Shown piece by piece: positions 20,601 through 30,100 of a stretch of 64,000 nucleotides of DNA. Source of the stretch: a virus; the IMG/VR virus record IMGVR_UViG_3300034112_000721, positions 1-64,000 of that record. One strand, written 5' to 3'. Within the stretch, counting starts at the first letter, position 1. Each line of letters begins with the position of its first letter. The position numbers and the translations under genes were made by a program. The notes under the pieces were generated by a model. It was not told the origin of the DNA and did no database searches. It worked only from the letters and a program-made list of their open reading frames with translations.

Positions 20601-23600
20601 ATACTTGATCAGGTTTTCCATTAGATGTTACTCCAGATATTTTAGAACCAGATGCAAATGTTACATACTGAATGTTTTGTTCTAACATCTTTTTGTGTAA
20701 TTCTTCCAACTGTGTTCCTTTAACAGCAGATGGAATTAATGGCATTAATGCAAACTTATGCATTGCTTGTACTGGCAGTATTGTATCTTCTACCCAACCA
20801 AAGTTTTGTAACTTAAGAACCGGGAAACCTTCTATATAATCTGTTAATGGTATTTCTTCTTTATTAATGATTCTTTGATAAAGTTTCTCCTGTGAAGTTG
20901 ACCACTTGTTCATTAACTTTTTGATTGCTCTATAAGAATCAATAGTTATATAACCTTGTCCATCACCTTCTTTTATGTCAGATTTACTATATTTTTTAAC
21001 TGCTCTTTCTACAGCAAGTTCTATTTCTCTATCTGATAGTTTAGAGTTTCTACGTTTAAAATCTGCAATTAAACCTTTTTTAATTTCAGACATAAAAATA
21101 CTATCCCTACTTATATCTTCTATGATAGCTGTATTAATATACCCATCATACTTAAACTTATCATATGCCTCTCCAAGAGATTTTGCATATGTATTTGAAT
21201 TAAATCCACCTTCAGAACTATTGCTTATAAATAGTTGAGCATAAATATCAGTTCTAATTCTTGGACCGTTTGAAATTAATCCAGAAAGTCTTTTGAATGC
21301 TGCATCTTTAGAATGATCAAGTTGAGCTATATCTCCTGTAAAAAACAATATACTTGTTTCTACATTATGTATCCAGGAATTATAAAAGAAAGCTTTTGCT
21401 AAAACTTGTTTTCTTTGCTCATCTGAAAGTTCAATATTACCAAATCTATTTATCAGCTTAAAGTCAATGAACTCAGTTTTCTTAATCTCATCTAATAACT
21501 CTACTGATTTTTTATCAAAGTAATTTGCTATTTCATTTACAATCTTATTGTATAAATCAGGATCTGTTTTTAAATAATCAAGAAGATCTGTGCTAGGGCT
21601 ATTTACTTTTTCTAGTATTTCTTTTTTAGTTCCCGAATTTAAAATACCATCAAAATAATTATATACTTCACCAGATAGCTGACCACTATCATTTACAGGT
21701 TGATTATAACCAACATAATTTTTAGCTTCAGGATTTGATTTAAATACATTAATTCTATTTGTTTCTGAAGCTAAATAAGGTAATATTATTTCTTCTATAA
21801 TTTCTCTTTCTGTTCCTGTTTGTGGTATGAAAGAATTAATATCAGCATATAAAAATGGTTCAGACTTCTGACCTATTGCTTGTCTAGATACAAATCCTCC
21901 TTCAAATAACCATCCCCAAGCAGAAGATTTAGAACCTGGTCTCATAATTTCTTGATGACCAGCTTTTAACATTGTATGAAACTCTTGTAATAACTTACCT
22001 TGTTGGCTTAGTGATGTTGTGTTTTGTCCACCATCAGTAGCTTCATTATTTGTTTCTTGTGTTCCAGACTGTTGGAAATATTTAATTGATCTATTGCTCT
22101 TTTTATTATCATTTGCATCAAATAAATTTCTTAATACAAATGAGCTTTTAGCCATTGGATTTTTTCTTGGATCAAGAAATCTTAAAACACTACCTTCTCT
22201 GTACATATCAGTCTTTTTCTCAACTGTATTAAGAGCATCTATCAATACTGTAAATGTGTTATCAGTAGTGTGTTCATTTATTCTATTTCTCTCAGCATTA
22301 GTAGAACTAAAAGAAGTAGTTGCTGATCCATATCTTACTTGAAGTTCAGCAATTCTTTCTATCTGTGTCTTTTGCTTAGAGCCATTTTTAAAAACTCTTG
22401 AGTCAGCTTCACCAATAAGATTTTTATCAATACCATTGATTAATACTCCTATAGGATTTAATTTTAAATCACGTAATAAATTATCTTGTGCTTCAGTTCT
22501 TTTTTCTAAACTATCTGTAAATTGAGCAGCTTTTAAAGTATCATAGATGTATGGTAAACCATATACCCTTGATAGTTTATTTGCATTAGTAATTTCAGAG
22601 TTTATTCTTTCATTGTTATCTAGTGTGATACCTAATACTTTTAAAAACTCACTTGCTTTTCTAACATCAAAATTTCTATTTGAGTCAGCAAAGTCACTAA
22701 CTATTTTCTTTAGATTTAGATATACATTATTATTATTATCTGTAAATACATACTTACTTTCCTTGTTAGACTTGTAATCATATTGGAATTGTTTTATAAC
22801 TGTTTTTACATCTAATGAGCCTGGAGTAACTTCAGTACTTATGCCACCCTCAGTTTTAAATAAGGACAGCTGCATGTAAGGAACTCTTGGTAAACTAAAT
22901 ACAGACCAGAATGAAGTTATGTTGTCAAACTCATAACTATTATTTTTTGAATCCGGTTTTGGTAATTTAAATTCTACAAGCTGTTTAAGTTCAGGAAATC
23001 TGTTAGATGCCTCAACAATTTTATTATATATGACCTCTGGATCTTTAGTACTCTCAGTTATTCTTACTAGATTATTCCAAACTTTTTTAAAGTCTACTAG
23101 TTTTTTAAATCCAAGATTGTCTTTTTCAGTCACATAATTATCACCTTGTTTTGTTACTTTATGTAAGCTCCTAAGAATATAAATTACATCCTTACCACCC
23201 AACTCAAAGAGTGATTCTTTACCAATGTCTTTACCTATTTTTTCAGATTTAGTAACATCTGTAGTTGCATCATCTTCTACAAGATCTATAGTGCTAGAAA
23301 TAATTTCAAAGCTACTGTTTTTTTCATGGTACTTAATTACTGAATCCCAGTTCTTAACTGCCGTTTGTAATACTCTTAAGTTATCTAGGAGCTTTCCTTG
23401 CAATCTACCTATATTAGCTACTGATTCTGCAGTAACTAATGGATTTAATTCAAATGAAGTAAATGTATCCTCTCCTGCAGCTACATAACTATCGTATTGT
23501 TCCTTACCTTCACTTATATCATTTACAACAATAATTGTAGCATTACCTTTAGTAGAATCTTTTATAGACTTATGTGTGTAAAAATCACCTACAATTTCTA

Positions 23601-26600
23601 CTTGGTCTTTATATAATTCTCCTTTAACTCTTTGATCTCCTTCAGTTGCAAGATCTAAGTTATTATAATCTTCTATCTGTGTTGCTAGAAAAATATATTT
23701 ATGGTCTCCATTTTTTGACCTAATAATTGCAGAAGCATTATCTTCTAAATCCTTTATTGTACTAAATGAAGTAAATGGTTTTTCTGGTGCTATCTTAAGT
23801 CTTGATTTTATTTCATCAATTTTTTCTATAAACTTAAGTCTAGCAATTTGATAAGCTACTTTTCTATTATTTAAATCAGTAATAATCTTTGTAGTACCAG
23901 CTTTATTATCCTTTCCACTTGATTTCTCTCTTTGATACTGCTCATCTATTATATCAGAGATAACAGAGTCTATTGACTCTACTACATCATTTGTATCTTT
24001 CTGATTTAATGCAATTTCATTTTTATTCTCTGTCTGTGTAATTCCCCTATTAAGAATATCAAACATTACATTATCAATACTAGGTGTGTAGATGTTTAAT
24101 AACTCGGGATTATTACTTGCAAGATACAAGTTTTTAAAAAGCTCACCTGCTACTCCTTCTGACTCAACATCATACTGTTGTAAGTTATCAGATATACTTG
24201 TTGTTTTACCAAACAACTTTCTTAAGAAGTTAAGTATTCTTCTAAATAAAGAATTTCTTTTAGGAGAACTTGGCTTTGTTTTTTGATTTAGTGCATATGA
24301 TCTAAAATCTTCTGCAAGAATTTCTTCTAATTGCAAGAAAGAATAATTCTTATACTTTGGATTACTCTTTCTTAGTTCTTCATACAAAGCTATTTTTTCT
24401 TCTCTAGTTAAAAACAACTGAGAGAAGGCATGCCAAGCTTCATGATAAGCATCAACTACTGAACCTCCTGTAGCTTCATTAATTTGTATTGCACCCAGTG
24501 CTCCAGTATATTGTCCAGCAATTAATGTTGATCCAGCCGTAACAAATCTTGCATAAGCATCAGAGTTTACTATATTAATCATCTGTAACTCACCAAGATA
24601 TTTCTTTAGTGGTGATTTATCATACCAACTGATAGCATTACTAATTTGTTCAGCTGTTACTCCTTCTGGTAAGCTTGTTTTTCTATCTAATTTAAACTGA
24701 TTAAAAAGATTAGATATTTCAGAATCATCTGATGGATTTCTAACATTCTTAGGATTTAAAGCTTCTGATTGTTGTGTATCTGATTCTTCTTCTGAAACAG
24801 TCTTTGGTGCTTCTGTAACCTCATCTAATTCTTCTATTTCTTCTTGTTCTGCAACATATTCTTCTTGCATTGGAACAGCTGGTCTAGAAGTTTCTTTACC
24901 AAAATCTGTTTCTTGAAGATTTCCATATTTTATTATATTATTTCCTTCTATTTTAATTGCAGAAATATTATTTGGATATCCAAAGCCATTTTCTATTTCA
25001 ATAGGATCTATAATAAGTTCTAATGTTTCACCTATCTGAGGCTGATTTAGAGACTTCATTAGCTTGTGCTCTCCTTGTTGACCTTCAATTTCTACAGTTA
25101 TATATGTAGAAAATGTCCCTGTCTTAGGATCACCCTCTGTAGTATATTCTTTTACAGTAGCTAATACTTTTTGATCTGGTGAGTTTTTTATTACCTCAAC
25201 TAAGTTATCCTTAAACTTTCTTATTTCAGATCTATCATCTTTTTCTACAGTTTCTTTTGCTTCATTTACTTGATCTACAAAAGTATCATCAAGAGTAAAA
25301 TTAATACTAGAATTATATAATGGAATTATTTTACCATCTTTTACTTTTATTCTTGCATTTTGTTCTTGTAAAAAATCTGAATAGCTTCTCAATACAAATT
25401 GACCATCTTGATAATCTAAATATTCCTCACCAACTAATCTTGGTCTATACACAATTTTAGAACTAAAAGGCTCTCCATTTTTACCGGTGGCACCTTTCAT
25501 AAAAATATCATAGATATCTTTTTCAGCAGTACTAGATTTAAGGTCTATAGTTTTTGGTTCCTTATTTTGTGCTGCTTTACTTGCATCTGCTTTTGCTTCA
25601 TTTAATGTAAATGGTGCATATGAAAAAATAAGTTCTCCATCTACAAGATTTAAATTATGTCTTTGGAAGCTTGCTGGAATAGAAATTTTTTGATCAGTAA
25701 AAAACTGATGATAAAATCTAATCTTTTGTTCATTTGATATATTGGGGTTTGTTAATACAGCGGCAACCTTTCTTGCTGTATCTTCATTTATATTTGCTCT
25801 ATCTACCTCATATATCTCATTATTAATTGTTACATATGACCCACCACTAGGAATGTTTTCAAACTTAATGGGTGTTACATTTAAACTATTAATAATTGCT
25901 TTTCTTTGCTCTTCAGTAAAGTAGCTTGATAGATTGTTAATCTTTATATTGTTAAGTATTTTAAAACTAAATACTCCGCGTGTTGCTCCAGTAATAGTTA
26001 ACAGTTTTGTTTTCTTAGTACTAATTAACTCTTGTCTAAAGTCATAAAGTTTTTTAAACTCTTCTTGTTGTTGTTTTTCAACTTCTTTAACATACTCTGC
26101 AAAAGACATTCCTTTTGCATTTTCTAAATTTTCTTTAGACCCATATAACAAAGAAATTTCATCATTTACAATATCCTCTGGAGAAATTATCTGATCTTCT
26201 ATACCATAAATATCAGTAACTCTATACTTACCATTCTCTAGCCTTACATCTCTTAGCATCTGATAGACTATTCTACCACCCTCATCTTTTGTACTTACTC
26301 TTCCATCTTTTGTAAAATAAACAAAGGCTCCAGATGCATCAGATAGAACTAAAGCAAATTGTTCTGAAACTGGTGTTACTTTACTTTCACCACCTTGATT
26401 AATTATTGCATTTTGTTTTGCTATTATTGCATTTGAATAATTTGTTCTATCATTTGATGAAAGTCTATCTAAAGGAATAACTTTTAGTTTTAAATTTACT
26501 CCATCAATACTTGCATTATCTAATAAGTCTATATCAGCTGTATTAATACTTAATCTTGACACAGTATTAATAGCAGTTATTTTATCAGAATCTGTTACTT

Positions 26601-27126
26601 CAAATTCTTCAATTTTAGTTTTTGGATCCTTAGCTAAAAACTGTTCATCAGTTCCAGAGTTTACATTTCTAGATTTTAATCTCTTATCAGTTGGACTAGT
26701 TAACTCTTGTACTGGTTTTGATTCAGTATATTGATCTACCGGTTTATTAGCATTATCTTCAGCAATTAGAGCTAATTGTTTAGGGGATAATGTTTTTTCA
26801 AAGTATCCATAGACCATTTGAATTCCACTATCTTGATTTCTAAATGCCCTAGATAATGGTAGTATATTTATCTCATTACCAGTATTATCTTTTGAAAGCT
26901 CTATGTCTTTCCTAGTTGCTACCAGATTTATTATATATGGTACTTGTTGCATATATTGAATAGCACTATCAACACCTTGTCTACTTTTAAGGTTACTGTA
27001 TAATCTATTCATAAAATCATTAATGTCAAATGACTCACCTTTAGCTTGTGAGTTTAACATTGCTTTACTTATAACTCTTGTAAGAGCTTCAATATGTTCT
27101 GATCCTAATGCACAAGTAATAGCCAT
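14695..27126 (-). CDS. Virion-packaged crAss-type RNA polymerase polyprotein (4143 aa) with zincin and ASCH-like accessory domains
   Basis: Catalytic loop VRIPVQG...SGSDFDVDKL (19633-19647) matches the DFDxD motif of crAss-like two-barrel vRNAPs, with EGDGQGYIT upstream. HEAWH...EEILAE zincin at 24430-24444 and HEAAH at 15814-15828. Confidence 0.88.
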   Translation of the reverse strand: MAITCALGSEHIEALTRVISKAMLNSQAKGESFDINDFMNRLYSNLKSRQGVDSAIQYMQQVPYIINLVATRKDIELSKDNTGNEINILPLSRAFRNQDSGIQMVYGYFEKTLSPKQLALIAEDNANKPVDQYTESKPVQELTSPTDKRLKSRNVNSGTDEQFLAKDPKTKIEEFEVTDSDKITAINTVSRLSINTADIDLLDNASIDGVNLKLKVIPLDRLSSNDRTNYSNAIIAKQNAIINQGGESKVTPVSEQFALVLSDASGAFVYFTKDGRVSTKDEGGRIVYQMLRDVRLENGKYRVTDIYGIEDQIISPEDIVNDEISLLYGSKENLENAKGMSFAEYVKEVEKQQQEEFKKLYDFRQELISTKKTKLLTITGATRGVFSFKILNNIKINNLSSYFTEEQRKAIINSLNVTPIKFENIPSGGSYVTINNEIYEVDRANINEDTARKVAAVLTNPNISNEQKIRFYHQFFTDQKISIPASFQRHNLNLVDGELIFSYAPFTLNEAKADASKAAQNKEPKTIDLKSSTAEKDIYDIFMKGATGKNGEPFSSKIVYRPRLVGEEYLDYQDGQFVLRSYSDFLQEQNARIKVKDGKIIPLYNSSINFTLDDTFVDQVNEAKETVEKDDRSEIRKFKDNLVEVIKNSPDQKVLATVKEYTTEGDPKTGTFSTYITVEIEGQQGEHKLMKSLNQPQIGETLELIIDPIEIENGFGYPNNISAIKIEGNNIIKYGNLQETDFGKETSRPAVPMQEEYVAEQEEIEELDEVTEAPKTVSEEESDTQQSEALNPKNVRNPSDDSEISNLFNQFKLDRKTSLPEGVTAEQISNAISWYDKSPLKKYLGELQMINIVNSDAYARFVTAGSTLIAGQYTGALGAIQINEATGGSVVDAYHEAWHAFSQLFLTREEKIALYEELRKSNPKYKNYSFLQLEEILAEDFRSYALNQKTKPSSPKRNSLFRRILNFLRKLFGKTTSISDNLQQYDVESEGVAGELFKNLYLASNNPELLNIYTPSIDNVMFDILNRGITQTENKNEIALNQKDTNDVVESIDSVISDIIDEQYQREKSSGKDNKAGTTKIITDLNNRKVAYQIARLKFIEKIDEIKSRLKIAPEKPFTSFSTIKDLEDNASAIIRSKNGDHKYIFLATQIEDYNNLDLATEGDQRVKGELYKDQVEIVGDFYTHKSIKDSTKGNATIIVVNDISEGKEQYDSYVAAGEDTFTSFELNPLVTAESVANIGRLQGKLLDNLRVLQTAVKNWDSVIKYHEKNSSFEIISSTIDLVEDDATTDVTKSEKIGKDIGKESLFELGGKDVIYILRSLHKVTKQGDNYVTEKDNLGFKKLVDFKKVWNNLVRITESTKDPEVIYNKIVEASNRFPELKQLVEFKLPKPDSKNNSYEFDNITSFWSVFSLPRVPYMQLSLFKTEGGISTEVTPGSLDVKTVIKQFQYDYKSNKESKYVFTDNNNNVYLNLKKIVSDFADSNRNFDVRKASEFLKVLGITLDNNERINSEITNANKLSRVYGLPYIYDTLKAAQFTDSLEKRTEAQDNLLRDLKLNPIGVLINGIDKNLIGEADSRVFKNGSKQKTQIERIAELQVRYGSATTSFSSTNAERNRINEHTTDNTFTVLIDALNTVEKKTDMYREGSVLRFLDPRKNPMAKSSFVLRNLFDANDNKKSNRSIKYFQQSGTQETNNEATDGGQNTTSLSQQGKLLQEFHTMLKAGHQEIMRPGSKSSAWGWLFEGGFVSRQAIGQKSEPFLYADINSFIPQTGTEREIIEEIILPYLASETNRINVFKSNPEAKNYVGYNQPVNDSGQLSGEVYNYFDGILNSGTKKEILEKVNSPSTDLLDYLKTDPDLYNKIVNEIANYFDKKSVELLDEIKKTEFIDFKLINRFGNIELSDEQRKQVLAKAFFYNSWIHNVETSILFFTGDIAQLDHSKDAAFKRLSGLISNGPRIRTDIYAQLFISNSSEGGFNSNTYAKSLGEAYDKFKYDGYINTAIIEDISRDSIFMSEIKKGLIADFKRRNSKLSDREIELAVERAVKKYSKSDIKEGDGQGYITIDSYRAIKKLMNKWSTSQEKLYQRIINKEEIPLTDYIEGFPVLKLQNFGWVEDTILPVQAMHKFALMPLIPSAVKGTQLEELHKKMLEQNIQYVTFASGSKISGVTSNGKPDQVFEDGGKALKESVTFTNNRINAAFIKEATSVPSKSKGKVIFSTQLRKLILEGLKENGQYVSDKAKELGNKYESLVNFYNELVRKELENEIGYRKDESGTYIGNPSKFLKLIQTNLKAKDYPQHLIDQLKTNSDGTLQYDLSYFLDTETIENIVMSLIEKRLVRQKVNGDALVQVANSMWNGTWDVTQGNKFANLSKEELEAARKKYLGTNGLPFYTKGKDGKTLSMKVAITLQGDFFNLLNLQHLDGQPIKTIDRLNAMIKEDAWLDIADNRKSVTLTAVRIPVQGLNSMEFMEVYEFLDPSAVNMIIPPTEIVAKSGSDFDVDKLTTFFPNINKDGSYVRSSISNQNFFKEVSALENQEKNPKDVISTQKKAAENEFIETIKSILEIEENYASLVTPNDTSILEDIAIKLQDLVSTRDKYAKVNDEKPNVSKKGTKYASPTSIFEPLTNVEKHAQNLEGKRGLGIVANQNALNPLYTSIGAKMPKKYKPAEYKKKYGRYVESKKSKAVFDVRLFLPHNEIDGHISLSNIYTNDNIYKIAEIFSQALNGTVDVETNPWIFYIQGNVQALPVFLYLTEAGVSPEDAVYFISNPLIREYTENQRLKGGVFGRASGVAPELAPALKYESAKQVFDKYKERFILDRIKSLSDSTELTIEYFRKNPVTDAPEKVSEKITKGNFINQLPTLAPNLNLVKAEGVAQVIYRNFIPSNKNVYAVSSFLSNIPGVLRRGSFDKNSMFEMIQKKGELSPEQLTKSLAMLAHYVEIENQLRGINALKNLSKPDVRNLRTPQEAIKRELDVDLAFDNSKIDLETAKGVLEESIIASFGDKDIIEKIFMPMMDLINGPKVNRFLLDAMGGYEGNSKLEKIVDSKKYKATQEGLTRFNRDFKSGLKTFVFQNYLSNTVFEDGKFVMIPNKYRQQEVKIDNSIDTDVTIKDGVFLINQNRIREDYTNKRYLDTSTSAESYTERQGLEAFPSNENDLFPTEESYIRYVLERENLFQKGLRGDELNQFALINTFNPGVIINPGKYSYSDLVMRTIDKHRSTLSRQFSIIDQIRKYVEAGANKSILTLTNRDVIDGNTATLYASELKQLGNAKIQKVKNTETSPEENERLSRIFKLFPLLMIYQHGVGKTLNGFDNVLPQDDYLKIMKAAGDLFKNNYDNNKTYDFVLDKITDPNNRRFIDFTVTDTEYSQYIPKVLPAEETEITFEDEEFQQPTQATVADIPQNKVSGIESFGSTVTANSEVIKALGANPHSIDMIEAGFRTRTTRSESEMSKYAVKVGDIIKHFGKSADGTTKNILARVTAIHPKGTPGFKGTWNKEGWRAEDVNVIDRFKDGAAAIEFEVIKPTQAPGLSENQLLNKVGDIITRTSKLKYKTVTNTGTIRKIEKTENGYNVTLNIKGYDGGTVINVIIENGKVIKSIQKNPLKVGEFLENTTSTYDFKFSEPISTQPTVQPVGEIKVLLDKYGNSTPILGIIDRNKDLFNKANISAIASFGSVVYDMVLQDTIYNRKGGVEGSKEYIDNLSEFYRSIRKASGQNPFNPESILHGFQINPKYRKYIDAFLEYKGLPANTNVIFFNDEKYRDFKLESLLIHEAAHSFDNPGIDLSDKQVELIIKAFDEVARDENEYYGIDSGNYLKRELAKGNKDEIIPVLTELYMATPKAGYYLKNILSEEQFKLLESILSTQPTIQIETKAETIQEPGTVASKTTAQLPLSNTNIAKVLDGSKVITTRTELIADDTYLAGDTQQVKIKYYGIARVVGNSVVITNEKTNKSFVRSKDSFAKAEGFKNWSDYTNNNRFMQNFIKGDATRYVFGITPAGKIQQMTTVQQRLSPENNPVIGLFNEELARTNGVYPKEFIYESSEGTNKYVLSENNLYNLVDIDTGSIYLRNIDLTTGNIVSDILPQTPVGKDSITKFINTLNSQIKEYRIDLVLANKGIDVNDIIDRAENVNSEEELNELRIIINKNLC

Positions 27127-27127
27127 T

Positions 27128-30100
27128 TTAACAAATCTTTTTATTGTATAATTCTTCTTCTAGTGTATCTAAGTCTTTATCTTTTACTGCATCAATGATA
27201 TTATCAATATCTGCATTAGTTAAACTATCTGCTGCTGTAATGCTCTCAATAATTTTTGATTTAGCTTCTGGAGTAATTTCAATTTTCTCTACAGCAGACT
27301 TAGATTTTGCTTCCTCTTGTGTCATGATTTTACCGTTTAGATTATCAAATTTAACACTTTTTTTCTCATTAGAATTAGCAACTTCAAAAGTAATATTATC
27401 ACCTTCCATACTTGTTATTGTAATGAGTGAGCCAGCAGGAATATCATCTATTGGTTGTATAGTTACATACTGTGTCTCTTGTATGTCATTCATCTGATCT
27501 TTTATCTCAGATTTAAACTCTTCTGTTAAGGATTTGATTCTGCTTTTTGCAGCATCATTTATAACTTTTACTTCATAAGCTGTTAGATCCGAAACATCTT
27601 TTAACATCTCTTTGATTTCATCTACAGTAGACTTATTTATTCTCGAAATAATGTCAGCACCTTTCTCACTAATAACACTTTCCTTAACAGGTCTTTCTGC
27701 TAAACTTAGTATCTCTCCTAGTGAGATCTCTGATACAACATCACCTTTAGATTTATCTATAGTTTCATCAAGTTTGTTTTTATTTGTAGAGCTTGTATTC
27801 TTAGTATTAGTAGGTTTTGGTCCATTAGAATTCTTATCAGATAATTTATTTGCAATTGATTCTTTTGATACCTCATTAAGAATATCATTTAAGTATCTAA
27901 CCTCTTTGTTATAGCTCTTTAAACTCTCTTGTAATGAGTTAATTCTTTCTATTTCTAGCTCTTTAACTTTAGGAGTTAGTTCTGCTACATCCATAGTAGC
28001 TGAAAGTCTTGATCTCAGATTCTTAAACTGTTTTACAATAGAATTAAAATCTTCTAGTGTTGCATTCTCTAAGTTATCTACTGCTTCTTCTAATCTTTCA
28101 ACTTCTTCTTTAGAAAGTGGTTTATAATTAGCATCCGGTATTAATTGTAATTGCTGTCCTACCTGAGAGTCTAATTTTTTAATGCCATCAATATACTCTT
28201 TTAAAAGTTTTTTAGTTCTAAGTATTGTATCATTAATTGTCTTAATAGATCTATTTAAAGAATTTATTTTCTTTTTTATTTCTGCTATTTTTATTTTAAT
28301 GTCAGACCTACTAAACAATGCTAAGTCTTCTGTATCTAAAATATTTTGATAATAGTCTATTTGATCATTAAGATCCTTTACCTGTGCAGTAAGTATTTCT
28401 TTTTCTTTTCTAAGATCCTCTAATCTTCCTACTACACCTGCAATTACAACAAACTCTCTTCTAAACTGATCTCTAACATCTTGATTTTTAATAGATGTTT
28501 TTCCGCGACCTTTTCTAAATTTAGATTTAAGATACTGACCAGTTACTTGATCTAATGCAGTAATAGAGTTTATTATATCTGTAAGTTCATCTGCAGTCAA
28601 CTCAATAGATGCATTACCGATAGTATCTAAATAGTTAAGGATGTCATTGATCTTTTTTAAATCTGTATCTAATTTTTGTTGTCTACTTCTTAGAGTTTGT
28701 ATTTTATCTAGGATTGCAATTTTATTTTCTTTTGCTAACCTTCTTTGTTGTGCTGCTATATCTTCTACTTCTTGTTCAATTGTTGCTTGTTCTTCATCTA
28801 CTACTTCTTCAATAACAGGTTCTCCAGATGCTGTTCTCATTGGAATAATGTCATTGATTTTTATTTGAAGAGTTTCTCCATCTACAGTTGTTTGATTAGG
28901 ATCTACTGGAGCTACAATCTTACCAGGAACTAATATTGGACTAGCAGATTCAATTGTTTCTATTCTTCCTGTAGCTGAATCAGTTGATATCTGTAATGGT
29001 AATAAAACAGTTTTTGGATTAATACCAGTCATGTTATATAACATATTCTTAGCTGCTACAAGCTCAAGTCCATAACTTTCTTTTTTAGAGACATCACTTG
29101 TTTCATCATCATATTCTTCCCACTTATTTACATCACCCATTTTTACAAGGACAATAGTTGTATTACCCTCTCTATCTACTAGTAAGAAATTAATTTCTCC
29201 TGCAACACCTGCTGGAATATCAAATACTGTAAGCTTGGCTGGAATAATAACTATGTCACCTAAATTAGCTTTCTCTTTTAGTTCGGCCAATATAGATTTA
29301 CTACCAAATAAACTATCAAAAGCTTGTTGACTTAATAATGTAGGGTCATTTTTAACCTCTTTATCTGCTAAGAAATTTTTAATCTGATCTGTAACGTAAG
29401 TTTCAGTTTCTGCTTTTTGTTCAAACACTCTTTCATTTACTAATGATAAAACATCATTAAGTGAAATTCTTCTTTGTACTTTTTCTTCGGCTGAAACAGC
29501 TCCTTTAGATTTATCATAAAGTTCTTTACTATCCCAAATAGTTTTAGTAGCTGTATCAAAATATTGACCTAGTTGAAGTTCTTTTCCCCAAGTATCTTTT
29601 GTTCTTTGTATTTCTTGATCAATTGCTTTTAATGCATCTTTACTATAACTCTTCTTAGAACTTTCTAGAGTACTAAGTTTATCCTCAAGAGTTTGTGGTT
29701 TATACCATAAAAGATCTTGTTGTTTAAACTTATTTGCAATTTCTATAGACTTTCTTTGAGCTTGTTCTGCAGTAAGATTACTGCCTAATACAATACGTAC
29801 TCCTTTAACACCACCAAAGTTTGTATCTGATTCTTTAAGTTCATTAGCTATTTTTTTATTTTCTTCAGATAAACTATCATATGCAATTTCAATATAATCT
29901 TGTCCACCAGCTTTTCCTTGTATAGATTCTATCCAAGAACCTGTAGTTTGAATATTTTTATCCCAGAAAATTTCTGAAGCTGGAACTAATGGTCCTGCTA
30001 CAACATCTGCTATATCTTCTTTTTTAGAAATAGGTACATTAAAAGTTCGAAAACCTGTTTTAGGTCCTTCAGTACTAACTTGACTTGTAGGTTTACCTTC

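Noticed and set aside
22858-22872. QLSLF clamp motif inside the vRNAP
   Set aside because: Internal and apparently within a beta-strand context (PYMQLSLFK). Likely coincidental without conservation data.
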